Shown here: positions 11,812 to 20,618 of the stretch, one piece after another
How positions within the stretch are numbered: position 1 is the first letter of the stretch
Layout: each line of letters begins with the position of its first letter
DNA from: Buchnera aphidicola str. APS (Acyrthosiphon pisum)
GTDB lineage: Bacteria; Pseudomonadota; Gammaproteobacteria; Enterobacterales; Enterobacteriaceae
NCBI RefSeq assembly: GCF_000009605.1
Contig: NC_002528.1
Coordinates: forward strand, 450,001 to 482,000
DNA: 32,000 bases
Reading direction: 5' to 3'
Translations under genes and position numbers: made by a program
Notes under the pieces: model-generated
The model's input: the letters and a program-made list of their open reading frames with translations, nothing else
Told to the model about the DNA's origin: nothing
The model's database searches: none

Positions 11812-11916
11812 AGTTTGTTACTGTAAAACAAAAAAATATTTTTTAATAAATTTAATTACACAAGAAAATTATATGATGTTTTATATTAAATATTTCATTA
11901 ATCATAAAAATAAAAT

Positions 11917-12651
11917 TTAATTTTCATGTAAACCACATTCGCGTTTTAATCCAAAAAAACGAGTTTCTTCCTCTAACATACCAGGCATGTGTTTTTTAGT
12001 AGTGTGTGTATCTCCTACAGACGAATATCCATTATTATATAAAGGATGGGTATCTAAATTATTTTCTTTTAAATAGTCTTTTATTTTATCCTTAGACCAA
12101 TCTAGTATTGGTAAAATTTTAAATATTCCTTTTTTAATAGAAAGATATGGTAATAAATTTCGACTTTTTGATTGATCATGACGCAATCCAGCAAACCATG
12201 TTTGTACTGATAGTTCATTCAAAGCAAAATTCATGGGCTGTACTTTATTAATATTATTATAAAAATCAATTCCTTCAATACCTTTTTCCCATAACTTCCC
12301 ATATCGCGCTTCCTGCCACGCAGAAGATATTGTTGATCTAAAAACTTTCAAATTCAAATGAAATTTATTAGTTAAAAAATCAATAAAATTATATGTTTCA
12401 GGAAACAAATAACCTGTATCAATTAATATAACAGGAATATCCGGTTTTTTTTTGATTATAAGATGTAATAATACTGTTGACTGAATACCGAAGCTTGATG
12501 ACATGATTTGTGTATGGGGTAAATGGCTTAATGCCCAAGAAATACGTTCTTCTGCAGAATAATTGGATAGAAGTAAATTTAATTCAGAAAGTATATTATT
12601 TTTTTTTTCAGAATTTAACAGATTAATATTTTCAATATAGAATTTAGACAT
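11917..12651 (-). CDS. cysH: Phosphoadenosine phosphosulfate (PAPS) reductase
   Basis: At 244 aa it is the same length as E. coli CysH. The C-terminal ECGLH motif is present (KRECGLHEN). GGAG lies 8 nt upstream of the ATG. Confidence 0.95.
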
Positions 12652-12666
12652 TATATTTGCTCCATA

Positions 12667-14376
12667 CTAACTCCAAAAATCGTAAACAGGATTAATCACT
12701 TCTTTAACAAATTCTTTTCTAACTATAAAATCTCCAAAATCTTCTTTATTTTTTCGTTCATTAGACCATGTTTTAATTAAATATTTTAAATGAATTAATA
12801 TTTCTTGTTCAGTAATATTTTCTTTATAAATTTTTGGAATTCGATTTCCTATACGATTTCCTCCTATATATAAATTATATCGACCAATAGATTTTCCAAT
12901 TAAACCAATTTCAGCTAATAAGGATCGTCCACAACCATTAGGACAGCCAGAGACACGTAAAATTATCACCTCATCTTCTACACCATATTTTAACATGATA
13001 TTTTCTAATTGAGTAATAAAAAAGGATAGCATACGTTCAGCTTCCGCCATTGCTAAAGGACAAGTAGGAAATGAAACGCATGCCATAGAATTTTTACGTA
13101 AATTAGTACTTTTATTTATTAATCCAGATGATAAAGCTATTTTTTCTATTTTATTCTTATTTTTTTCAGATACTTCAGAAATGATTATATTTTGATTAGA
13201 TGTAATTCTAAAATTACCATCATGAATATTTGCAATTTTCAATAATCCTGATTTAAATAATTTATCATTATCATCATATATACGTCCATTTTGAATAAAT
13301 AATGTTAAACTCCAATTATTGTTGATGTCTTTAATCCATCCAAATCTGTCTCCTCTGCTGATAAAACTATATTCGCGAACTGGTTTAAGATTAACATTTG
13401 CTCGTTTTTCAATTTCTTTTTTAAATTCATTTAAACCAAAATTATTAATAGTATATCTAGTTTTTGCGTTTGCACGATCAGTACGATTTCCCCAATCCCT
13501 TTGTGTTGTTACTATAGCCTTAGCAATAGATAAAGTGTTTTCTACAGAAATATAACCTATTTCAGTTGCAAGAAATGGCCATGTATTTTTATTACCATGA
13601 ATAAAAGATAGTCCGCCACCAATTAATATGTTAAAACCAATAATTTTTTCATTTTTTGTGATAGCAACAAAATTCATATCATTAGCATATAAATCAACAT
13701 CGTTATAAGGTGGAATTACTACTGTTGTTTTAAATTTTCTAGGTAAATATGTTTTTCCTAATATAGGTTCTTTTTCTGTCGTAACTATTTTTTTTTGATC
13801 TAACCAAATTTCCGCATATGCCTTAGTATGAGGTAATAAAAAATTTGAAATTTTTCGTGCCCATTCGTAAGCTTCTTGATGAATTAAAGATTCCATAGGA
13901 TTTGATGTACAAAGTACATTTCTGTTTACATCATTAGCAGTAGCTAATGAATCTAATCCTATACTATGTAACATTTTATGTACATCTTTTAAATTTTTCT
14001 TTAAAATTCCATGAAATTGAAAAGTTTGACGATTAGTTAGACGAATAGTTCCATACAATGTATATTTGCTGGCAAAATAATCAATTTTCAACCATTTTTT
14101 TGCTTTAATAACTCCTCCTGGTAGACGACAACGCAGCATCATTGCGTAACGTGGTTCTAATTTTTGCTCATTACGTTCTATACGTAAATCGCGATCATCT
14201 TGCTGATACATGCCATGAAATCGAATAAGTGAAAAATTATCTCCAGTAAAACCATTAGTAATTTCGTTTTTTAAATCATCAGTAATTGTACCTCTAAGAT
14301 AATTACTATTTTCTTTAATTCGTTCTGCATCAGTTAATTTTTTTTCTGTAACTATTTTTTTAAATTTTTTATTCAT
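12667..14376 (-). CDS. cysI: Sulfite reductase (NADPH) hemoprotein beta subunit
   Basis: The siroheme/4Fe-4S cysteine clusters [13 protein letters not shown] and SGCPNGCGR are present. The length is 569 aa. The ATG overlaps the cysJ stop (TAATG). Confidence 0.95.
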   Translation of the reverse strand: MNKKFKKIVTEKKLTDAERIKENSNYLRGTITDDLKNEITNGFTGDNFSLIRFHGMYQQDDRDLRIERNEQKLEPRYAMMLRCRLPGGVIKAKKWLKIDYFASKYTLYGTIRLTNRQTFQFHGILKKNLKDVHKMLHSIGLDSLATANDVNRNVLCTSNPMESLIHQEAYEWARKISNFLLPHTKAYAEIWLDQKKIVTTEKEPILGKTYLPRKFKTTVVIPPYNDVDLYANDMNFVAITKNEKIIGFNILIGGGLSFIHGNKNTWPFLATEIGYISVENTLSIAKAIVTTQRDWGNRTDRANAKTRYTINNFGLNEFKKEIEKRANVNLKPVREYSFISRGDRFGWIKDINNNWSLTLFIQNGRIYDDNDKLFKSGLLKIANIHDGNFRITSNQNIIISEVSEKNKNKIEKIALSSGLINKSTNLRKNSMACVSFPTCPLAMAEAERMLSFFITQLENIMLKYGVEDEVIILRVSGCPNGCGRSLLAEIGLIGKSIGRYNLYIGGNRIGNRIPKIYKENITEQEILIHLKYLIKTWSNERKNKEDFGDFIVRKEFVKEVINPVYDFWS

Positions 14377-16181
14377 TAATACACATCTCTTTTATAACGT
14401 TTATTTAAACGCAGATTATTTAAAAATTCTTGAGATTCTTCAAGATTTAAATGAGCGTTATGACTAATAATATCTAATAATGCTTTTTCAACATCTTTTG
14501 CCATTTTAGAAGCGTTTCCACAAACATATATTTGAGCTCCTTCTTCTATCCAAGACCATATTTCTTGTGAATTTTCTCTTATTCGATCTTGTACGTATAT
14601 TTTATTTTTTTGATCTTGCGACCAAGCTAAATTCATATTGGTGATTAATCCCTTTTTTATATATTTTTGCCATTCTACTTGATATAAAAAATCTTCAGTA
14701 AAATTAGGATTTCCAAAAAAAAGCCAATTTTTTCCATCAGCATTATCATTGTCTCTTTGCTGCATAAAAGCACGAAATGGAGCAATGCCTGTTCCTGAAC
14801 TAATCATTATTATTGGAGTGTTTTTATTAATAGGTAATCGAAAATTATCATTGGTTTGAATAAAAATTTTTATTATATCATCAGATTTTAAAGATTGTGA
14901 AAGATAACCAGAGGCCCCTCCTAAATATACATGACCTGAAATTAATTTTTTTACTACTCCTACTGTGATATGAATTTCATTGTCAATTTCTTCTTGTGAA
15001 GAAGAAATGGAATATAATCTAGGTGTTAGTGGGCGAAGTAAACCAATTAATTGTTGAGAGGATAATTTTAATGGATGATCATGTATCATTTTAATTAAAG
15101 GAGTGTTAATGGTATAATTTTCTAAATCAGAATCATTAGATATGATATCTTTTAAAAATTTGTTTTTCGAAAAATTTGCATAACTTTTAATAATATTTTT
15201 AGTATTATTCGTTAATTCGAAATGATTTTGTAAAGCATCAAAAATTGTAATAACATCATTTTTAATTGTAATTGTTTCAGAAATATTAATAGAGAGTAAT
15301 TCTAATATATTTTTCACTAAATTACTGTCATTTTTATACCATACACCCAATGCATCACCAGGTGAATACTTAATGTTCAAATTACTAATATCAATTTCAA
15401 TATGATGAACATCTTTCTTAGAATTACGACCAGTAATTTTTTGATTTGTTAATATAATACCTTCAGCAGGATTTTTTTTTGTATAATGATTTTTCGAAAG
15501 TATCAATGTATTTTCTTGATCTATATATGACACAGAAGATTTATAAATTTTTTCTTTACTATTAATAGATTGTAATAAATCCTGAGACCATTTATTATAA
15601 TTATCTTCATATTCAATATCTGCATCAAATCTATCTAATAAAGAATTACCACCTAACTCTTTAAATCTTTTATCAAAATCTTTTCCAGCTTGACAAAATA
15701 AATTATAGGATGTATCTCCTAATCCAAAAACACTATAATATAAGTTATTTAAATTAGGTGCATTTTTTGACATTATAAATTTATAAAAAGATAATGCTTC
15801 TTCTGGTGGTTCACCCTCACCTTGAGTTGAAATAATTAAAATTAATATCTTTTCATCTTTTATTTTTTTGAATTTATAATCCATAGCATCAATAAGACGA
15901 CTTATTTTATTATTTTTATTAAAATATTCATAAAGACGTTTAGACAATAATTTTGCATTACCAGTTTGGGAAGCGGAAATAATCGTAATAACTGGATCGT
16001 TTTTTTCTGATTCATTTGTTTGAAAAGACGTTATATTTGATGTTTGATTAGCAATTTTCCAAAAATAACCTGACAACCAAGCACTTTGAATATTAGTGCA
16101 AGTTCTTTCAAGTTCTTTTAAATTATTTAATTGTTCTGAACTTAATGGAAACACGGGATCAAACTTGTTTTGATTTTTCAT
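14376..16181 (-). CDS. cysJ: Sulfite reductase (NADPH) flavoprotein alpha subunit
   Basis: It has an N-terminal flavodoxin-like part ([12 protein letters not shown]) and an FNR-like part with RLYSISSS and [10 protein letters not shown]. The length is 601 aa. Confidence 0.95.
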   Translation of the reverse strand: MKNQNKFDPVFPLSSEQLNNLKELERTCTNIQSAWLSGYFWKIANQTSNITSFQTNESEKNDPVITIISASQTGNAKLLSKRLYEYFNKNNKISRLIDAMDYKFKKIKDEKILILIISTQGEGEPPEEALSFYKFIMSKNAPNLNNLYYSVFGLGDTSYNLFCQAGKDFDKRFKELGGNSLLDRFDADIEYEDNYNKWSQDLLQSINSKEKIYKSSVSYIDQENTLILSKNHYTKKNPAEGIILTNQKITGRNSKKDVHHIEIDISNLNIKYSPGDALGVWYKNDSNLVKNILELLSINISETITIKNDVITIFDALQNHFELTNNTKNIIKSYANFSKNKFLKDIISNDSDLENYTINTPLIKMIHDHPLKLSSQQLIGLLRPLTPRLYSISSSQEEIDNEIHITVGVVKKLISGHVYLGGASGYLSQSLKSDDIIKIFIQTNDNFRLPINKNTPIIMISSGTGIAPFRAFMQQRDNDNADGKNWLFFGNPNFTEDFLYQVEWQKYIKKGLITNMNLAWSQDQKNKIYVQDRIRENSQEIWSWIEEGAQIYVCGNASKMAKDVEKALLDIISHNAHLNLEESQEFLNNLRLNKRYKRDVY

Positions 16182-16371
16182 TATACTAAATATCCAAATT
16201 TTATTACATTAAAAACTTAATATTATCAATAAAATATAATTTACAGAAGATATTAATTTTTTGCTACCATCTAATAGAAAAATCAAATTTTTATGTAAAA
16301 TTTTTTACTTTTAAAATCTTAAATAAATTTATTTATATAATGTATAAGAATACTTTACTGTTAATAAAACA

Positions 16372-18780
16372 TTATGTATTTTCTATTTCTATTAATTTTT
16401 TCTCTGCGTCTTCTAGAACAGAATCTGGCAATCCAGACAATGAAGCTACTGATATACCATAACTTTTTTTTGATATACCATTTTTAATTTTATATAAAAA
16501 AGCTATATGTAAATCGCTTTTAATAGCAGAAAAATGAAAATTTTTTACAAATTTTTCTTTTTCTTCTAATTTTGTTAATTCAACAAAATGAGTAGATAAT
16601 AACGTCATAGATTTATTTATGTTTATTAAATACCTAGAACACGACCAAGCTAAAGATAAACCCTCATTAGTTGAAGTTCCTCTTCCTAATTCATCGATTA
16701 AAACTAAACTATTAGATGTTGCATTGTGTAGAATATTAGATATTTCCATCATTTCCATCATAAATGTTGAATATCCATTGCTTAAGTCATCTGCAGAACC
16801 TATTCTTGTAAAAATTTTATCAATCGAACCAATTAAAGCATATCTAGCAGGAACAAAACTACCTATACCGGCCATAATTACAATGAGTGCAATTTGACGC
16901 ATGTATGTACTTTTTCCACCCATATTAGGACCTGTTATAATGATCATTCTTTGTGTTCTGGATAAAAAAACAGAATTTTTTATAAATGGTGTTTTTAAAA
17001 AACATTCAACAACTGGATGACGACTTTCTAGTAAAGAAATTCCATATTTTTCGCTCATAATAGGACGCGTATAATTTAGAGATATAGCACGTTCAGATAA
17101 ATTTACTAACACATCTAATTCTGACAATGCTAATGCACTATTTTGTAATTTTTCTAAAAAAGGTTCAATAATATTAAAAATTTCTGCATACAATTTTTTT
17201 TCTAGTAATAAAGATCGCATTTCTGAATTTAAAACTTTTTCTTCATATTCTTTTAATAAAGGAACACTATAACGTTCTGTATTTTTTAATGTTTGTATTA
17301 TGACATAATATTTTGGAATTAAATGAGTATGACGTTTGCTTATTTGAATATAATACCCGATAATTTTATTAAATTTTATCTTAAATGATTCAATCATTAA
17401 TTTTTTTTTTTCTTTCTGTTCAAAATTTTTAATATATTCTTTGGAATTTATTTTAATAGATCGTAACTCATCAAGTTCAATATTATATAATTCTGCTATT
17501 ACACCACCATCTCGAATACATTTAGATGGCTTCAAACTAATTGCTTTTTTTAATAAACATAAAACTTCTTCAAAATAACCAATAGATAAACGTATTTTTT
17601 TTATATGTTTTGATTTTATTTTTTTTAATATTAAATGTAAATTAGGTAAGATTTCTAATGTAGAACGCATTCGTACGAAATCATGAGGCGAAGCAGTACG
17701 TAAAGCTAAACGAGAATAAATTCTTTCTAAATCATTAACTTGACGTAAAATAAATTGTAATTCTTTATAAAAAAACTGCAAAGCTTCCACACTTTCATGA
17801 CGATTTCTAACTATTTTAAAGTTTTTTAGTGGAGAATTTAACCATCTATTTAACATTCTACTACCCATAGATGTAACTGTTTTATTTAATATTGCAGATA
17901 AAGTATTTTTTTTTTCTCCTGAAATATTTTGAGTAATTTCCAAGCTTTTACGCGTACTAAAATTCATAAAAATGCTATCTTCCATGTAATTATATTTTAA
18001 CTGACGAATATTAGGTAAGAGAGTCATATTCATTGATTTAACATATTGTAATAAACAACCAGCAGCACGTATTACAAAATTGTTTTTCTCTATACCAAAT
18101 CCATCCAAACTACAAGTATTATATTGCAAATTAAGTAACTTATATGATGTCTCTAAATCGAATTCTAATAATGAGCGTTTTCTAATACACTTTCTACTTT
18201 CAATTAAAAAAACATCTGAAAAATTTTCCGGATAGAGTATTTCTTTAGGATTAGTTCGTTCAATTTCTGAAAGCAAATCACAAGAAGAAAAAATCTTAGA
18301 TACACCAAAAAAACCTAATGATAAATCTAATACGGAGTATCCAAATTGATTATTTTCTTTCCAGATAGCAGCTATAAAATTATCTTCATTTTCTTCAAGA
18401 AGTACTTCATCTGTAACAGTTCCAGGCGTGATTATGCGAACTACTTTACGAGAAATTAATTTTTTTTTACAATCAGTTTCTTTTTGTTGATCACATATCG
18501 CAATAGATTCACCTAATTTTACAAGTTTAGATAAATAATATTCTGATTTATGGCATGGGACTCCAGCCATCGGTATGATCTTATGATTTGAGTATCCTTT
18601 TTTTGTTAAAGTAATTTTCAGTAGTTCCGAAATACGTTCTGCATCTTCGTAAAACAACTCATAAAAATCACCCATTTGATAAAAAAGAAGCATATCAGGA
18701 TACTGTGATTTTAAAGATAAATACTGTTTTATCATTGGAGTATGATTGTTCATACTATTCTTAATATTTTTTTTTTTCAT
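16372..18780 (-). CDS. mutS: DNA mismatch repair protein MutS (802 aa, lacks the extreme C-terminal domain)
   Basis: HTPMIKQYLSLK...FYQMGDFYELF is the mismatch-binding N-terminus. Walker A GPNMGGKST and DELGRGTS are present. The alternative in-frame ATG at 18753 (MNNHTPM...) is also plausible. Confidence 0.93.
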   Translation of the reverse strand: MKKKNIKNSMNNHTPMIKQYLSLKSQYPDMLLFYQMGDFYELFYEDAERISELLKITLTKKGYSNHKIIPMAGVPCHKSEYYLSKLVKLGESIAICDQQKETDCKKKLISRKVVRIITPGTVTDEVLLEENEDNFIAAIWKENNQFGYSVLDLSLGFFGVSKIFSSCDLLSEIERTNPKEILYPENFSDVFLIESRKCIRKRSLLEFDLETSYKLLNLQYNTCSLDGFGIEKNNFVIRAAGCLLQYVKSMNMTLLPNIRQLKYNYMEDSIFMNFSTRKSLEITQNISGEKKNTLSAILNKTVTSMGSRMLNRWLNSPLKNFKIVRNRHESVEALQFFYKELQFILRQVNDLERIYSRLALRTASPHDFVRMRSTLEILPNLHLILKKIKSKHIKKIRLSIGYFEEVLCLLKKAISLKPSKCIRDGGVIAELYNIELDELRSIKINSKEYIKNFEQKEKKKLMIESFKIKFNKIIGYYIQISKRHTHLIPKYYVIIQTLKNTERYSVPLLKEYEEKVLNSEMRSLLLEKKLYAEIFNIIEPFLEKLQNSALALSELDVLVNLSERAISLNYTRPIMSEKYGISLLESRHPVVECFLKTPFIKNSVFLSRTQRMIIITGPNMGGKSTYMRQIALIVIMAGIGSFVPARYALIGSIDKIFTRIGSADDLSNGYSTFMMEMMEISNILHNATSNSLVLIDELGRGTSTNEGLSLAWSCSRYLININKSMTLLSTHFVELTKLEEKEKFVKNFHFSAIKSDLHIAFLYKIKNGISKKSYGISVASLSGLPDSVLEDAEKKLIEIENT

Positions 18781-18936
18781 AATATAAAATTTCTATTTCT
18801 CCAGTTATACAATCAATGATTGATACAGATAAAAATATGTAGGTATAGTATTATAAATTTATATATCATGTTATTTTAAAGATCGTTTTTATTTTTGAAA
18901 AATTAACAACATAAAAAATAAAATTAGGTGATGAAG

Positions 18937-19575
18937 ATGAAAAAAATATTGATTATATTATGTATTCTTATTCTATCTTGCAATGTTTTTTCTTGTGAAT
19001 TTAAAAATGGAAGAGAATATACTGAAAAACATAAAGTTATATCTAATATTCCAAGTATAATAGAATTTTTTTCATTTTTTTGTCCATATTGTTATGAATT
19101 TGAAAAAACATACGATACACAATATTTAATTGAAAAAAAAATTAAAAAAAATATAAATATTCAAAAATATCATGTTTCCTTTTTAGGAGGAAAATTGGGA
19201 TATGTTTTGACAAAATCTTGGATAATTGCACAACAAATGGGAATTGAAAAAAAAATTGTTTTGCCTATTTTTAAAGGTATTCAAGAAACTTATACAATTA
19301 ATAATCTTGATGATATAAAAAAAATATTTAAGGAGAAGGCAGGAGTAAGTGAAAGTAAATTTAATAGTTTTTGGAATAGTTTAACTATTAAAATATTAAT
19401 AAGTAAACAAGAAGAAGATATTAGAAAATATAATTTAAAAAATATTCCAACTATGCTTATTAATGAAAAATATGTAATTGATTACTCAAAAATTGAAGAA
19501 ATTTTTAAAGATAGTTTTGCTGAAAAATATACTAAATTAATTCAATTTTTAATAAATAAAAAAGAAAAAATTTAA
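18937..19575 (+). CDS. dsbA: Periplasmic thiol:disulfide oxidoreductase DsbA
   Basis: EFFSFFCPYCYEFE carries the CPxC active site and matches E. coli EFFSFFCPHCYQFE. The signal-like N-terminus MKKILIIL matches E. coli MKKIWLAL. AGGTGA lies 5 nt upstream of ATG 18937. The track start at 18928 is a GTG inside that Shine-Dalgarno, and ATG 18931 cannot be excluded. Confidence 0.88.
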   Translation: MKKILIILCILILSCNVFSCEFKNGREYTEKHKVISNIPSIIEFFSFFCPYCYEFEKTYDTQYLIEKKIKKNINIQKYHVSFLGGKLGYVLTKSWIIAQQMGIEKKIVLPIFKGIQETYTINNLDDIKKIFKEKAGVSESKFNSFWNSLTIKILISKQEEDIRKYNLKNIPTMLINEKYVIDYSKIEEIFKDSFAEKYTKLIQFLINKKEKI

Positions 19576-19695
19576 ATATTTTTATAAATATAAATTTTGA
19601 CCATATTACTAGTATAAATATTTAATATAATAAATTTTTATTCTAATCAATAAAAATATTTTAACAAAAATATCTGTAAAATATAAAGAGTAAAT

Positions 19696-20556
19696 ATGAA
19701 TCACATAAAAAATAATCCAGTTATTATAATAGATGGTAGTTTATACCTATATGCATCTTATTATGCATTTTGCAATTTAGAAAATACTTCAGGAAAACCC
19801 TGTGGGGCAATATATGGAATGTTAAAAATTATAGATAATATCTTTAAAAAATATAAAAATTTAAAAAAAATTATTATAATATTTGATTCATCTCGAAAAA
19901 CATTTAGAAATAAGCTCTTTAAAGAATATAAAAAAAATAGATCATCTATGCCTGATTTATTGGTTATGCAAATTCAACCTCTTTTTGAAATACTTAAAAA
20001 AATTGGTATAAAAACTTTAACTATTCCCGGAATAGAAGCAGATGATGTTATTGGAAGTTTATCTTATCAACTCGAAAAACAAGGAGAAAAAATATTAATT
20101 TTAAGTCATGATAAAGATATGCTTCAGCTTGTAACAGAAAATATTAACATATTCCATAAAAAAAATAATTGCATTATTACATCAGAAATAATACAAGAAA
20201 AATATGGTATAAAACCAAAAGAATTTATTGATTTCTTAGCTTTAATGGGAGACGCTACAGATAATATTCCAGGAGTGCCTAAAATTGGGATTAAAACGGC
20301 GCTATTTTTGATAAATAAATTTTCTAATATTGAAAATATATATAATAATATTGAAAAAATAAAATCTTTACCATTAAGAAATGCTAAAAATATTTCTATT
20401 CAACTAAAAAATAATAAGGAAAGAGCTTTACTTTCATATAAATTAGCAAGAATAAAATTAGATATTCCTATAGACATTAAATTAAAAGACATCATTTTAA
20501 AAAAATATTGTTCTAAAAATACGTTTCAAATTTTTAAAAATTATTTTTCTTCATAA
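19696..20556 (+). CDS. polA: 5'-3' exonuclease (N-terminal domain of DNA polymerase I only; 286 aa)
   Basis: It has FEN-like 5' nuclease motifs (IIDGSLYLYASYYA, FDSSRKTFRNKLFKEYKKNR, IEADDVIGSL, LMGDATDNIPGVPKIGIKTA). The position between dsbA and engB is the polA position in E. coli. No polymerase or 3'-5' exonuclease coding sequence follows. Confidence 0.9.
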   Translation: MNHIKNNPVIIIDGSLYLYASYYAFCNLENTSGKPCGAIYGMLKIIDNIFKKYKNLKKIIIIFDSSRKTFRNKLFKEYKKNRSSMPDLLVMQIQPLFEILKKIGIKTLTIPGIEADDVIGSLSYQLEKQGEKILILSHDKDMLQLVTENINIFHKKNNCIITSEIIQEKYGIKPKEFIDFLALMGDATDNIPGVPKIGIKTALFLINKFSNIENIYNNIEKIKSLPLRNAKNISIQLKNNKERALLSYKLARIKLDIPIDIKLKDIILKKYCSKNTFQIFKNYFSS

Positions 20557-20618
20557 AAATAAAAAAAATTTCTATAGCAGTTGTATTCATAATATTTTTA
20601 TTTATTATGTAGACATCA

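Noticed and set aside
11852-11905. 17-codon minus-strand mini-ORF (MINEIFNIKHHIIFLCN) just after cysH, considered as a possible Cys-containing leader peptide for cysG-DNC
   Set aside because: It has a single Cys codon, no Shine-Dalgarno, and no terminator or antiterminator logic that I could tie to it. ORFs of this size are expected by chance in 338 bp.
13319-13555. 78-aa ORF antisense to cysI
   Set aside because: It lies fully within cysI and has no motifs. It is a shadow ORF.
16619-16897. 92-aa ORF antisense to mutS
   Set aside because: It lies opposite the ATPase domain of mutS and has no motifs. It is a shadow ORF.
18937-19000. Possible lipobox (ILILSC) in the DsbA signal peptide
   Set aside because: The -2 position (Leu) does not fit the usual lipobox consensus, and DsbA is a soluble periplasmic protein in relatives. 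A type I signal peptide is more likely.
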